This document shows positions 1-10,346 of a DNA stretch of 64,000 nt, one piece after another. The stretch is from contig JBIOUY010000370.1 of the NCBI GenBank assembly GCA_044867445.1, positions 9,037 through 73,036 of the forward strand, read 5' to 3'. The notes beneath the pieces were generated by a model that searched no databases, had not been told where the DNA came from, and was given only the letters and a program-made list of their open reading frames with translations. Origin of the DNA: Gemmatimonadales bacterium. GTDB taxonomy: Bacteria > Gemmatimonadota > Gemmatimonadetes > Gemmatimonadales > GWC2-71-9. Every line of letters starts with the position of its first letter. Position 1 is the stretch's first letter. Position numbers and translations under genes: made by a program.

Positions 1-789
1 ATTGGCTGGGGCCACCTCGACCTTGACCAGGCCATGAAACAGATCTCTTCCCTCCCAGGGCCAGAGCCGAAGGGCCCACGCATGGACCGGGGCCATGCTG
101 CGGGTTTCGGGCGAAAAGATCGAGGAGCGATGGCCGAACGGGAGACGGAGATAGTGGTGAAGCTCGGAACCGTCGAAGGGGAGAGTGGAGTGGCTCTTGG
201 AGATGCCCAGCATCCGCTGGTCGAGCGACCAGGCCGGGCTTTCGCTCAAGGCCCCGTCGACGATCAGCCAGTCGTGCGACCGCGCGCGGTAGCGTTCCGC
301 GACCTCCAACTCCAGCCCACCCCGAGCCCGATCGAGTGCCCTGGCAGCCTGAGTAAAATCTCTGACCGGGTGCGCCGTCTCATCCTCGGGCAACCCAATC
401 GACCGGAACTGGTCCAGGACGTCTCCGGCGGCGGCCAAGGCGGATGGACGGGCAATAGCGAGCCGCCGCCGACTCTCCACCACGGTGTGGAGTCGGCGCT
501 CGTGGCGTTCCCGCACCCCGGCGGCGATCTCGGCTACGATGATAGGGCTGGAACCGACATAACCCACCAGCTCGGCATGCTGGACTCCATCCAAGAAGGC
601 GACCGGCGCAAGCCAAGATTCAGCGACACCCACCGAATGCCACGAAAGGGATGAGTCCTCCAGCAGGCGGGCGGGCCGTATGGTAGCTTCCTCATTTCGG
701 CCCGCACTGGCCTCCGGCACGGCTGAAGCCGGAGTGACGCCTCTCACGGCCAGGGCGCGCCGCACCTGTGACAAATTGGTAAGGGGCAT
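1..789 (-). CDS. NurA-like nuclease domain protein (3' end beyond left edge)
   Basis: Missing from the ORF track. Hand translation from ATG 789 is open to the edge: MPLTNLSQVRR...VAFLDGVQHAE...WLIVDGALS...LGISKSH...AWALRLW...GLVKVEV, resembling bacterial NurA-type FxDG/IVDG acidic motifs. Confidence 0.65.
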   Translation of the reverse strand, partial: MPLTNLSQVRRALAVRGVTPASAVPEASAGRNEEATIRPARLLEDSSLSWHSVGVAESWLAPVAFLDGVQHAELVGYVGSSPIIVAEIAAGVRERHERRLHTVVESRRRLAIARPSALAAAGDVLDQFRSIGLPEDETAHPVRDFTQAARALDRARGGLELEVAERYRARSHDWLIVDGALSESPAWSLDQRMLGISKSHSTLPFDGSELHHYLRLPFGHRSSIFSPETRSMAPVHAWALRLWPWEGRDLFHGLVKVEVAPAN

Positions 790-884
790 AGGGGATGAAG
801 GTAGGCCGGTGCGGGCACCTTGTGAACCGCGGAGCAACAGTACATTTACTATGGTCTTCAGGCTTAAACGCGGTGAGCGTCGAC

Positions 885-1346
885 ATGGTCGATGGCCCGG
901 TCGAGACAACCTTGAGCGGTAACGGAGCGGAGTCCCCCAGCCCCGCGGTGCCCCCCTTCCCGCTTTCGCAGCACCGCTGGATCGCCGCACTCTCTACGTT
1001 CAGCACTCTGCGACGGGACAGCCAGGCCATTCTTGAGCAGATCCGGCGCTCGATCACCGAGATGCGCGCACTTCGGGCGCGGCTAGTCCAGGGTCCGGGC
1101 CGACGGGCCGGGAATGGAGCTCCTGCTGCCGAACGGCCGCGCGCAATTCACTTCCAGCTGGAATACGGCCTGACAGCCCGCGAAATGCAGGTCGCGATGC
1201 TCCTTGCCGAAGGCCGATCGAACGAGGATGTCGCCGCCGCGCTGCGGGTCAGTCCGCACACCGCTCGACATCACACGCAGCACGTACTCGCCAAACTCGG
1301 GGTGCATTCCCGAGCCCAAGCCGGCGCCAAGATCCGCGATTGGTAA
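885..1346 (+). CDS. LuxR-type HTH transcriptional regulator, no receiver domain
   Basis: C-terminal LTAREMQVAMLLAEGRSNEDVAAALRVSPHTARHH..LAKLGVHSRAQA; start chosen at ATG 885. Confidence 0.85.
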   Translation: MVDGPVETTLSGNGAESPSPAVPPFPLSQHRWIAALSTFSTLRRDSQAILEQIRRSITEMRALRARLVQGPGRRAGNGAPAAERPRAIHFQLEYGLTAREMQVAMLLAEGRSNEDVAAALRVSPHTARHHTQHVLAKLGVHSRAQAGAKIRDW

Positions 1347-1410
1347 GCGGTGCTGGGGGATGGGCGATCACCGAGATGGGAACCGCGAGGGTTATTGCGG
1401 CTGGTGGGAG

Positions 1411-1947
1411 CTACATCTCCTCTTCGAAGGCGGTAAACGGCGGCACATTGGTCAGCCAGAAGCCGGCCAGGCCTCCTTCCTGATCCATCTCAACGTAGAA
1501 GTTGTCCGCCACTCTAATCACCTCGACCTTGCGCCGAGAGCCAATCCGCAGATGGAAGACGCTCTCGGAGGAATCAGTCTGAACCGAGAGGCTGGTGTCC
1601 ACCTCGACCGACGAGACGCTCCCGCTGCGGGACGTTCGTGAGGGAAGGACCACGCGGCCGTCGGTGAGCTGAGCCGGGACCCGGAGCTCCGCCGCCGTCG
1701 TCACTTCGGGCCAAACCACTACATCGAGCCCGCAGATAACCCCATTGTTCACATCGAGCACCGCCACCGAGCCTTCGGCGTCGGTGAGCTCCACGGTGCC
1801 GGTGAGGCCGCCACTCTTCCGGTTGCCCTTGAACGACCCGGAGAGGATGTCGGTCTCCGGATCCCAGCGCCAGGCGATGCTCGGGAGCTGGCCGGTGATT
1901 GGCTCGACCTGCGCTTCGACGCGCGAGGTACCGGCTCTAGGCGGCAC
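1411..1947 (-). CDS. Hypothetical protein with two DUF2283-like halves
   Basis: WRWDPETDILSGSF..VAVLDVNNGVICGLDV and TDSSESVFHLRI..VEMDQEGGLAGFWL; start uncertain (GTG overlapping upstream stop). Confidence 0.55.
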   Translation of the reverse strand: MPPRAGTSRVEAQVEPITGQLPSIAWRWDPETDILSGSFKGNRKSGGLTGTVELTDAEGSVAVLDVNNGVICGLDVVVWPEVTTAAELRVPAQLTDGRVVLPSRTSRSGSVSSVEVDTSLSVQTDSSESVFHLRIGSRRKVEVIRVADNFYVEMDQEGGLAGFWLTNVPPFTAFEEEM

Positions 1948-3148
1948 GCGCCGATGCCAGCCGCTGAACGAATCGGACGATTCGATCCAGCGCCTGCTCC
2001 AGCTCGGAGTCGGAGACAGCATAGCTCAGACGAACCCACCGATCGTCAGCGAAGGCCCCGCCGGGGACGAGCGCAACCCCTTCCTGCTTCATCAGCTGCT
2101 CGCAGAAGGCCTGTCCGGTAACCGGGTCTTTCTCCCGGATACCATCCACCCGGAAGAAAAAGTAGAACGCGCCGTGCGGCTCCACGAACTCGATGCCGGG
2201 CAGCTCGGCACGGAAGCGGCCGACCAGGTAATCCCGCCGGCGGCGGAAGGCGGCGACCATCTTGACCACTTCGGCCTCGACCCGTTCATCACTGAACGCG
2301 GTCGCCGCGGCCCACTGCGCCGGGTGGTTGGCGCCTGTCGTGGTGTGCGATTGGAGTGCGGCCATGGCCTTGGTGACCTGTGGCGGCGCCAGTGCGGCGC
2401 CGATGCGCCAGCCCGTCATCGCGTAGGCCTTGCTGGCGCCGTAGATGATTACGGCGCGCTCGAGCAGCTCGTCGGGAAGGTCGAGCAGCGACGCGGCTGG
2501 TCCCGGTCCGAAGTTGATCCTCCGGTAGATCTCATCGGAGATGATCCAGATCTCATTCTTTTTGGCCCACTCAGCGATCGCCTTGAGCTCGGCCAGAGTG
2601 TAGACCGCGCCGGTGGGATTGCAGGGGGAACAGAGAATGAGCCCGCGAGTCATCCGATTGGTCTGCCGGTCGAGATCCTTCACGCTGACCTTGAGTCCCC
2701 ATTCGACATCTCCCGGCACTAGGACCGGCTCCGCCCGGCAGAGATGGACGATCTGGGGATAGGAGACCCAGGCGGGGGCCGGGATCAGCACCCGATCCTT
2801 GGGCCCAAAGAGCGTGAAGCAGGCATTGAAAATCGATTGCTTGGACCCGGAGCTGACCACCAGCTGATCGGGGTCTACCGGCCGACCGCCGGAGAGTTGG
2901 CTCAGCTGCTGTGCGATGGCCCGCCGAAGCTCGACGATACCCACGTTAGGCGGGTACCGCGTCATTCCCCGCTGGATCGCCTGAACGCCCGCCTGAGCAG
3001 CGGGGATGGGAGTATCGAAGTCGGGCTCGCCAACGCCGAGGTCCAGGACGTCTTCGCCGGCGGCCTTCCGGCGCTTCGCCTCGTTGCTGATGGCGACCGT
3101 CTCTGAGGCCTTGAGGTGCTGTACGTTGAGCGAAAGGGGGTCTGGCAT
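1937..3148 (-). CDS. aspC: PLP-dependent aminotransferase class I/II (aspartate aminotransferase-like)
   Basis: GEPDF, SPCNPTG, SDEIY, SKAYAMTGWRIG motifs. Confidence 0.9.
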   Translation of the reverse strand: MPDPLSLNVQHLKASETVAISNEAKRRKAAGEDVLDLGVGEPDFDTPIPAAQAGVQAIQRGMTRYPPNVGIVELRRAIAQQLSQLSGGRPVDPDQLVVSSGSKQSIFNACFTLFGPKDRVLIPAPAWVSYPQIVHLCRAEPVLVPGDVEWGLKVSVKDLDRQTNRMTRGLILCSPCNPTGAVYTLAELKAIAEWAKKNEIWIISDEIYRRINFGPGPAASLLDLPDELLERAVIIYGASKAYAMTGWRIGAALAPPQVTKAMAALQSHTTTGANHPAQWAAATAFSDERVEAEVVKMVAAFRRRRDYLVGRFRAELPGIEFVEPHGAFYFFFRVDGIREKDPVTGQAFCEQLMKQEGVALVPGGAFADDRWVRLSYAVSDSELEQALDRIVRFVQRLASARAA

Positions 3149-3242
3149 CGATGAGAGTCCGGGACGATAGAGATGGATGAGTTTGGAAGAAAGTTCGCCG
3201 CCGGATCGGCGATGTCAACCACCAGGCCAGCGTTGGCTAGCG

Positions 3243-4751
3243 ATGCAAGGAGGCTTGGTTCGGGAAGTCCCGCCACTTAGCTTGGCGGAGCCGCGAACCC
3301 AGAGGATCCCCGTGCCGGTGCTTGAGTCGCTGCATCTGTCGTCGTCCCTCGCTGCTGCGCTCGAGCGGGTCGGTTGGACGGCGGATGATCCGATGGTGAA
3401 GGAGGGCCTGCCCACTGCCGCAAGGGGGCACAATTTGGTGGTGGTAACGCCCCCGGCTCCCCCATACGCTGCGCCGGCACTTGCGGGACTCCTGACCCGG
3501 GTGGGGCCGAATGGGCTGGGCCTGGTACTCTGCCCGGCAGCCCAGCTCGATGAGTGGGGTGCGCTGGCCAATGGGTTGGGCGGGGAGGTCGGTCTGCGTA
3601 TCCATGTGGCGCACGGCGAGGCACGGGCAATCCGCCGCCTCCGTGACGGCGCGGTCGACCTCCTGATTGCGACTCCGGATCTGATTCAGGACCTCCAACG
3701 CCGCTCGGCAGTGCAACTGGATCGGGTGATAGGCATCCTACTCGCTTGGCCGGAACAGTGGGAGGAGGAAGCCAGCCTCACACCGCTCATGCAGGACCTC
3801 TCCAAGGATACGCAGCGTCTGGTGCTGACGGCCTCACCGTCCCGAGCCGCCGATCTGGTTGAGCGCTACGCGCGTCGGGCGCTTACGGTGGGAGCCACCC
3901 AACAGGAAGCGGGCACGGTAGGCCCGGTGCGAACAGTCAGCGTGGCATGGGCGAATCGGTCGAGGGCCGTCACCGAGGTCCTGGAGCTGTTGGATCCGGC
4001 GTCGCTGGTCATCTGGACCGCCGATCGCAGCGCGCACGCCGCAATCCGCCGGGTCATCCCGCAGACCGAGCCCGAGATCCAGCTCACCTCCGGCGACGCA
4101 CCCAAGGCGGAATTGATCCTGGCCTTCGACCTGCCCAGCGCTCGACGTCTTCGTCAACTGCGCGAGGCCGGAGACGTGGTCCTGCTGGTGCCTCCGGGCG
4201 CCGAAAGCTATGTCGCAGCCATCGCGGCACCGGTCCGGCCGCTTCGACTATCCGGCCTGGTTGACCGGGTTGCGGCGGAAGCCGGCGTACGGCGCTCGGC
4301 GATCGTGCGAACCCTGGAGACCGCTCCGCCGGAGCGTGCGCTACTCACGCTGGCGCCGCTGTTCGAGCGCTACGATCCGTCGGCGGTTGCCGCTGCCCTC
4401 TATGAGTTATGGACGGCCTCGGGTCGCGAGCTCCCGGCAGCGACGCCGGACGTCCCGGCGGTGGCCAAGATCTACGTGGGCATCGGAAAGCGGGATGGGG
4501 TGACCGTCAACGACCTCGTTGCGGTGCTCACCAAGGAGGTTCGAGTCGAGCGGGGAAAGATCGGCCGAGTGGAGCTGCGCGATGGGTACGCGCTGATCGA
4601 AATCCCGGCGCAGGACGCCGAGGGTGTGGCCAGCGCGCTCAACGGAAGAACCATTCGCCGGAAGCGGGTGACGGCGAGGGTGGATCGAGGGGGGCCGAAG
4701 GGGACGAGGGTCGCGGGTCGCGGGTCGCGCGCCGATCGCAAGCTTACCTGA
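3243..4751 (+). CDS. Degenerate DEAD-box-like protein with C-terminal DbpA RNA-binding domain
   Basis: C-terminal IYVGIGKRDGVTVNDLVAVL..IGRVELRDGYALIE matches DbpA; N-terminal LVLCP and LIATP remnants but no GKT or DEAD; start uncertain (3177/3243/3312). Confidence 0.75.
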   Translation: MQGGLVREVPPLSLAEPRTQRIPVPVLESLHLSSSLAAALERVGWTADDPMVKEGLPTAARGHNLVVVTPPAPPYAAPALAGLLTRVGPNGLGLVLCPAAQLDEWGALANGLGGEVGLRIHVAHGEARAIRRLRDGAVDLLIATPDLIQDLQRRSAVQLDRVIGILLAWPEQWEEEASLTPLMQDLSKDTQRLVLTASPSRAADLVERYARRALTVGATQQEAGTVGPVRTVSVAWANRSRAVTEVLELLDPASLVIWTADRSAHAAIRRVIPQTEPEIQLTSGDAPKAELILAFDLPSARRLRQLREAGDVVLLVPPGAESYVAAIAAPVRPLRLSGLVDRVAAEAGVRRSAIVRTLETAPPERALLTLAPLFERYDPSAVAAALYELWTASGRELPAATPDVPAVAKIYVGIGKRDGVTVNDLVAVLTKEVRVERGKIGRVELRDGYALIEIPAQDAEGVASALNGRTIRRKRVTARVDRGGPKGTRVAGRGSRADRKLT

Positions 4752-4777
4752 CTCGCGACCCGAGACTCGCGACCCTC
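4701..4777. repeat. Inverted heptamer arrays (GGGTCGC)n / (GCGACCC)n between convergent genes
   Basis: gggacga gggtcgc x3 ... tgactc gcgaccc gagactc gcgaccc. Confidence 0.8.
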
Positions 4778-5066
4778 AGCGCTTCTTATTCACCAGCTCC
4801 TTCAACGCCTTTCCCGCCTTGAACGCCGGCGCGGTGGAGGCCTTGAGGTTGATGGTCTTGCCGGTCCGAGGATTCCTCCCCTCCCGTGCCGCGCGGCGTC
4901 GGGTCTCGAAGCTGCCGAAGCCAGCGATGGCAACTCGACCTCCGCGCCGCAGCTCCGAGGCGATGATGCCCGTGCTCCCGAAGAACGTGTCGGTGATGTC
5001 GGCCGCCTTGCCCTTGGTGATCCCCAGACGTTCGGCGACGGCGTCGATCAATCCCTGTTTGTTCAC
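4776..5066 (-). CDS. hup: HU family DNA-binding protein
   Basis: GTG start; NKQGLIDAVA..GFGSFETRRRAAREGRNPRTG..PAFKAGKALKELVN. Confidence 0.95.
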   Translation of the reverse strand: MNKQGLIDAVAERLGITKGKAADITDTFFGSTGIIASELRRGGRVAIAGFGSFETRRRAAREGRNPRTGKTINLKASTAPAFKAGKALKELVNKKR

Positions 5067-5196
5067 GGAGAGGTCCTCGGTTGGTCCGCAGGGGCACGAA
5101 TATCGCCGAGCCAGCGAGAGCGCCGCAAGATGGCTGGAGTTTCGCGCCCGAAACTCTAGATTTGCGTCCCTCACCCAATGACGCGGAGACCCGGCC

Positions 5197-5802
5197 ATGA
5201 ACTATGGGACGCACCCCGGCTGGATCGAGGTGATCAGCGGTGTCATGTTCAGCGGCAAGAGCGAGGAGCTCATCCGTCGAGTGCGCCGCGGGATCATTGC
5301 CCGCCGGAAGGTGCAAGTTTTCAAATCTCATCTCGACAGCCGATACGCCGGGCTCTACAGCGTGACCAGTCACGACGGCACTGAACTGGATGCTTCCCCG
5401 GTTGACTCAGCGGCCGAGATCTACCGGCTGGTGCGGCCGGATACTCAGATCGTGGCGATCGACGAGGCCCAGTTCCTAGACCCGGACGTGGTGACCGTCT
5501 CGACCCTTCTGGCCGGCCGGGGGATGCGGGTCATCCTGGCGGGTACGGATACCGACTTTCGGGGCGAGCCTTTCGGCTCGATGGGCGAGCTCATGGCGGT
5601 CGCCGAAATGGTGGATAAGCTGCAGGCCATCTGCGTGGTCTGCGGCGATCCTGCGTGTCGCAACCAGCGCCTATTAAACGGCAAACCAGCCCGATACGAC
5701 TCGCCGACCATCATGGTGGGAGGGCGGGAGAGCTACGAGGCCCGATGCCGGCACTGTCATAAGGTGCCGAGGAAGGATGAGGATCAGACGGCGTTGTTGT
5801 GA
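5197..5802 (+). CDS. tdk: Thymidine kinase
   Basis: [21 protein letters not shown] and YEARCRHCH zinc motifs. Confidence 0.97.
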   Translation: MNYGTHPGWIEVISGVMFSGKSEELIRRVRRGIIARRKVQVFKSHLDSRYAGLYSVTSHDGTELDASPVDSAAEIYRLVRPDTQIVAIDEAQFLDPDVVTVSTLLAGRGMRVILAGTDTDFRGEPFGSMGELMAVAEMVDKLQAICVVCGDPACRNQRLLNGKPARYDSPTIMVGGRESYEARCRHCHKVPRKDEDQTALL

Positions 5803-5892
5803 GGTCGCGGGTCGCGGGTCGCGGGTCGCGGGTCGCGGGTCGCGGGTCGCGGGTCGCGGGTCGCGGGTCGCGGGTCGCGGGTCGCGGGTCGC
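5803..5892. repeat. Tandem heptamer array (GGGTCGC), about 13 copies
   Basis: Perfect tandem run directly after the tdk stop. Confidence 0.98.
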
Positions 5893-5976
5893 GCAGAAGG
5901 TAGTACCAGCGATCGTTTCTAGGGTTGGCGGACCTCAAAGATCCGACAGATTTTGGGGCACCTCGCAATTGTGGGC

Positions 5977-6357
5977 ATGCTCTTGGGTGAGTTCAGGAAA
6001 CTCGAGGTCTGGCAACGAGCGCACGCTCTTACACTCGCCGTATACCGCGCAACCGCTCGGTTCCCGCGTGAAGAGTTGTATTCCTTGACCTCACAACTAC
6101 GCCGGTCGGCCGTTTCCATCCCGGCCAATCTTGTGGAAGGCACAGGGCGCCAGACAGATGCGGAGCTTCGCCGTTTCATTCGCATCAGTCTGGGCTCCGC
6201 CGCAGAGCTGGAATATCACCTCCTCCTCGCACACGATCTCAGCCTACTTGATACTGGTGCCTTCGGAGATTTGAGCGCCCAACTTCACTCGATTCGAGGA
6301 ATGTTGGTATCTCTGATGCGAGCACTGAACGGCAAGCGGAACGCCTGCGACCCGTGA
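5977..6357 (+). CDS. Four helix bundle protein (23S rRNA IVP-like family)
   Basis: FRKLEVWQRAH..FPREELYSLTSQLRRSAVSIPANLVEG..FIRISLGSAAELEYHL. Confidence 0.93.
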   Translation: MLLGEFRKLEVWQRAHALTLAVYRATARFPREELYSLTSQLRRSAVSIPANLVEGTGRQTDAELRRFIRISLGSAAELEYHLLLAHDLSLLDTGAFGDLSAQLHSIRGMLVSLMRALNGKRNACDP

Positions 6358-6388
6358 CCCGCGACCCGTGACCCGCGACCCGTGACTC
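6347..6388. repeat. Heptamer array (GYGACCC) x6, inverted relative to 5803-5892
   Basis: gcgaccc gtgaccc gcgaccc gtgaccc gcgaccc gtgactc; contains the upstream stop and the coaE GTG. Confidence 0.95.
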
Positions 6389-6984
6389 TCTCCATCGCCC
6401 TGACCGGCAACATCGCCTCCGGTAAGTCCACCGTCGCCGAGCTGCTCCGGCGCTGGGGAGCAACGGTCATCGTAGCCGATGAACTCGTCCGGCAAGCACA
6501 GGCGCCTGGCAGCTCCATTTTGCGAGACATCGCCGCCCGATTTGGCCGCGAGGTGATCCTGCCCGATGGCTCGCTGGACCGGGCCGGCCTCCGGCGACGG
6601 GTGATGGGAGATCGCGCCGCGCTGGCCCAGCTCAACCGTATCGTCCACCCCACGGTGCAGCGCCGTCGGGCGGAGCTGGTGGAGGAAGCCCGTGCCAGGG
6701 GCGATCGCATCGTGATCAACGACATCCCCCTGCTGTTCGAGGCCGCGGACCCGACCGAGTTCGACGCCGTGGTGCTGGTCGACGCACCCGAACCAGTGCG
6801 GCGGGCCCGCCTCATCGCCGAGCGGGGTCTCTCACCCGATGAGGCCGATCGCATGCTTGCCTCTCAAGACCCCTCCGGACCCAAGCGAGCTCGCAGCGAT
6901 TACGTGATCGACAACGATGGTGATCGCGCCGCGCTCGAGCGGGCCACGGCGGAGGTCTGGCGGGCACTACTCGCCCGCGCTTGA
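6382..6984 (+). CDS. coaE: Dephospho-CoA kinase
   Basis: IALTGNIASGKST, LDRAGL, IVHP, DIPLLFE, DYVIDN. Confidence 0.95.
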   Translation: MTLSIALTGNIASGKSTVAELLRRWGATVIVADELVRQAQAPGSSILRDIAARFGREVILPDGSLDRAGLRRRVMGDRAALAQLNRIVHPTVQRRRAELVEEARARGDRIVINDIPLLFEAADPTEFDAVVLVDAPEPVRRARLIAERGLSPDEADRMLASQDPSGPKRARSDYVIDNDGDRAALERATAEVWRALLARA

Positions 6985-7039
6985 CCTCGCTCTCTCCCCC
7001 GCCTATCCTCCCACCCGCCACCCATCGGGAGCGTTGTGC

Positions 7040-7429
7040 GTGTCCAATGTGCCGGACGACTTGGTTTACACTGCCGAGCACGAATACGTCGCACGCACCA
7101 GTGATCCCGCGATCGTCCGTGTCGGGATCACCGACTACGCCCAGGGAGAGTTGGGCGATGTCGTGTTCGTCAACCTGCCCAAGCCGGGCGACCGGCTCAC
7201 GTCGCATCAGTCGTTCGGCACCATCGAGGCGGTGAAGGCGGTGTCCGACCTGTACAGTCCGGTTGCCGGAGAGGTCACCGAGGTGAACGGTGCGCTCGAG
7301 GGTGACCCAGCCGTCGTGAACCGCGATCCCTATGGAGATGGCTGGATGGTCAAGCTCAGGGTGTCCAATCCGTCGGAGCTAGACGCATTGCTTTCGCCCA
7401 CCGCCTACCGCTCGCATATCGGAGAATGA
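7040..7429 (+). CDS. gcvH: Glycine cleavage system H protein
   Basis: [16 protein letters not shown], lipoyl motif [15 protein letters not shown]. Confidence 0.96.
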   Translation: MSNVPDDLVYTAEHEYVARTSDPAIVRVGITDYAQGELGDVVFVNLPKPGDRLTSHQSFGTIEAVKAVSDLYSPVAGEVTEVNGALEGDPAVVNRDPYGDGWMVKLRVSNPSELDALLSPTAYRSHIGE

Positions 7430-7442
7430 TCCGCTCGTCCCG

Positions 7443-10346
7443 ATGACTTCCGTGCTTCCGGCCGGCCCGGCCTCCCCGCCCGCAGACGTGCTCCAACCCG
7501 GTCACTTTGCCTATCGCCACATCGGTCCACGCCGGGAAGATGTGGCCGACATGTTGGAGTTGTTGGGCTATCACTCCCTCGACGCGTTCATCGACGCCGT
7601 CGTCCCCCAGGAAATCCGGTTGCGCCGGCCCCTCGCGCTTCCCCCCGGTCGGAGCGAGCGCGAGGTCCTTCAGGCTCTGCGGGGCCTGGCCGGCATGAAC
7701 CGGGTATACCGGTCCTACATCGGCATGGGGTACGCGGGCTGCTTCACGCCCCAGGTGATCCAGCGGAATGTGTTGGAGAATCCCGGCTGGTACACCGCCT
7801 ATACCCCCTATCAGGCGGAGATATCCCAGGGGCGGCTGGAGGCGCTGCTCAACTTCCAGACGGTGGTGTCCGACCTCACCGGCCTGGAAGTGGCCAACGC
7901 GTCCCTTCTAGATGAGGCGACCGCCGCCGCGGAGGCGATGAGCCTTACGCTCGCCGTGAGCAGCGTGAAACGCGACCCGGTGTATCTGGTGGATGAGTAC
8001 TGTCACCCGCAGACCATCGCCGTCGTGCGGACCCGTGCCGAGGCGCGCGGGATCAAGATCGTGGTGGCGGAGCCAGAGACCTTCACCTTTGAGCCTGACG
8101 TCATCGGGGCTCTGGTCCAGTATCCATCGACCGATGGGGCAGTTCGCGACTTCCGCACCCTCTGCGAGCGGGCCCATGCAGCGGGAGCACTGGTCACCGC
8201 TGCGACTGACCTTCTGGGCCTCACCATGCTGGTGCCGCCGGGCGAGTGGGGCGCAGACATCGCGGTCGGGAACAGCCAGCGTTTCGGCGTCCCGATGGGT
8301 TATGGCGGCCCTCACGCCGCCTTCTTTGCCACTCGCGACAGCTACAAGCGATTCATGCCCGGCAGGATCATCGGCGTTTCCCGGGATCGCGACGGCCGCT
8401 CCGCGCTCCGGATGGCGCTGCAGACGAGGGAACAGCACATCCGCCGCGACAAGGCGACGAGCAACGTGTGCACCTCGCAGGTGCTGCTGGCGGTCATGGC
8501 CAGCATGTATGCTGTCTATCATGGGCCGGGGGGGCTCCGGCGGATCGCGGAACGAGTGCACAACCGGACGGTCGTCCTGGCCAACGCCCTCCGGCGACTG
8601 CGCTATCGCATCGTTCACGATTGGTATTTCGATACCATCTGCGTGGAAGTTCCGGAATGGGCCCTGCCGCGGCTGTTGGATGCGGCACGCGCCCGGATGA
8701 TCAATCTGCGGCCGCTCCCGCCGACGCGGCTCTGTGTGGCGCTGGACGAGACGGTGACCCTGGGCGATCTCGCCGATCTGATCGCGGTGTTCTCGCTCAA
8801 CGAGGCGCTGCCGTTCATGCTGGAAGACATCGGCGTCAAGTCTGAACGGGCTATTCCTCCCGCCCTCGAGCGAACCTCGAACTACCTCGCCCATCCGGTC
8901 TTCCATCTGCACCACTCGGAAACCGAGATGCTGCGGTACATCAAGCGGCTGGAGGCACGCGATCTTTCGCTCACGTCCGCGATGATCCCGCTCGGCTCCT
9001 GCACCATGAAGCTCAACGCCACCACCGAGATGATGCCGGTGAGCTGGCGAGAGTTCAATCGGCTGCATCCGTTCGCGCCAAGGGATCAAGCGGCGGGCTA
9101 CGAGCTGCTGTTCCGCCAACTGGAGTACCAGTTGGCCGAGATCACCGGCTTCTCCGCGGTGTCTCTACAGCCCAATGCGGGCTCACAGGGCGAGTTCGCT
9201 GGGCTGCTGGTGATCCGGGCGTACCACCGTTCGCGGGGCGAGGCCCATCGCCGAACCTGTCTCATTCCCCAGTCCGCCCACGGTACCAACCCGGCAAGCG
9301 CCGTGATGGCGGGGATGCAGGTGGTGCCGGTCAAGAGCGATGCCCGCGGCAACATCGATCTGGATGATCTGCGCGCCAAAGCCTCGACCCACCGGGATAC
9401 CCTCGCGGCGCTGATGGTCACCTACCCATCGACTCACGGAGTGTTCGAAGGCTCGATCCGGGAAATCTGCCGCATCGTCCATGAGCACGGCGGCCAGGTC
9501 TACATGGACGGCGCCAACATGAATGCCCAGGTCGGGCTCTGCCGTCCAGGCGACATCGGGGCCGACGTCTGCCACCTGAATCTCCATAAGACGTTCTGCA
9601 TCCCACATGGAGGTGGCGGTCCCGGCATGGGCCCGATCGGCGTGGGCAAGCACCTGGCGGATTTTCTCCCGGGCCATCCCGTCATCGATCTCAGCCATCC
9701 CAACGCCTGCGGAACCATCTCGGCGGCAGCCTGGGGCAGCGCCGCGATCCTTCCAATCTCCTGGGCGTACATCGCGCTGATGGGATACGATGGCCTCGCC
9801 GAGGCGAGCAAGATTGCGATCCTCAACGCCAACTACGTAGCCAAGCGGCTGAGCGGTCATTACAACGTGCTCTACGCCGGGCCTCACGGCCTGGTGGCTC
9901 ACGAATGCATCATCGACACCCGTCCGTTCAAAGCATCGGCGGGAGTAGACGTCGAGGACATTGCCAAGCGGATCATCGACTACGGCTTTCATCCGCCCAC
10001 GGTCTCCTTTCCAGTCGCCGGCACCTTGATGGTCGAACCCACCGAGAGCGAGTCTCAGGAAGAGCTCGACCGGTTTTGCGACGCGCTGATTGCCATCCGG
10101 GAGGAGATTCGGGAGATCGAGGAAGGGCGGGCGGACCGGGAGCATAACCTGCTCACCAATTCGCCTCATACGCTGGAGCAGGTCATCGCCGACAGCTGGG
10201 ATCGACCTTATCCTCGCGAGCGCGCCGCCTACCCTTCTCGAGCGGTTCGGGAGCACAAAGTGTGGCCCACCGTGGGCCGGGTCGACAGCGCGTACGGTGA
10301 TCGGAACCTGGTATGCGTGTGTCCCCCGATGGAGGAGTATTCCTGA
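7443..10346 (+). CDS. gcvP: Glycine dehydrogenase (P protein, single chain)
   Basis: [41 protein letters not shown]. Confidence 0.98.
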   Translation: MTSVLPAGPASPPADVLQPGHFAYRHIGPRREDVADMLELLGYHSLDAFIDAVVPQEIRLRRPLALPPGRSEREVLQALRGLAGMNRVYRSYIGMGYAGCFTPQVIQRNVLENPGWYTAYTPYQAEISQGRLEALLNFQTVVSDLTGLEVANASLLDEATAAAEAMSLTLAVSSVKRDPVYLVDEYCHPQTIAVVRTRAEARGIKIVVAEPETFTFEPDVIGALVQYPSTDGAVRDFRTLCERAHAAGALVTAATDLLGLTMLVPPGEWGADIAVGNSQRFGVPMGYGGPHAAFFATRDSYKRFMPGRIIGVSRDRDGRSALRMALQTREQHIRRDKATSNVCTSQVLLAVMASMYAVYHGPGGLRRIAERVHNRTVVLANALRRLRYRIVHDWYFDTICVEVPEWALPRLLDAARARMINLRPLPPTRLCVALDETVTLGDLADLIAVFSLNEALPFMLEDIGVKSERAIPPALERTSNYLAHPVFHLHHSETEMLRYIKRLEARDLSLTSAMIPLGSCTMKLNATTEMMPVSWREFNRLHPFAPRDQAAGYELLFRQLEYQLAEITGFSAVSLQPNAGSQGEFAGLLVIRAYHRSRGEAHRRTCLIPQSAHGTNPASAVMAGMQVVPVKSDARGNIDLDDLRAKASTHRDTLAALMVTYPSTHGVFEGSIREICRIVHEHGGQVYMDGANMNAQVGLCRPGDIGADVCHLNLHKTFCIPHGGGGPGMGPIGVGKHLADFLPGHPVIDLSHPNACGTISAAAWGSAAILPISWAYIALMGYDGLAEASKIAILNANYVAKRLSGHYNVLYAGPHGLVAHECIIDTRPFKASAGVDVEDIAKRIIDYGFHPPTVSFPVAGTLMVEPTESESQEELDRFCDALIAIREEIREIEEGRADREHNLLTNSPHTLEQVIADSWDRPYPRERAAYPSRAVREHKVWPTVGRVDSAYGDRNLVCVCPPMEEYS

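Noticed and set aside
34-654. 206-aa plus-strand ORF
   Set aside because: Antisense shadow of the NurA-like minus-strand gene; no motifs.
5711-6088. ORFs with DPRPATR / GSRVAGR repeats (similar low-complexity ORFs at 27695-28084, 39741-39950, 43791-44012, 45935-46351)
   Set aside because: Translations of heptamer arrays, not independent genes.
5977-6357. Diversity-generating retroelement (Avd-like gene)
   Set aside because: No reverse transcriptase or TR/VR pair seen. Similarity among merB copies looks like ordinary paralogy, not adenine-specific variation.
6985-7039. Glycine riboswitch before gcvH
   Set aside because: The gap is only about 55 bp and has no aptamer motifs.
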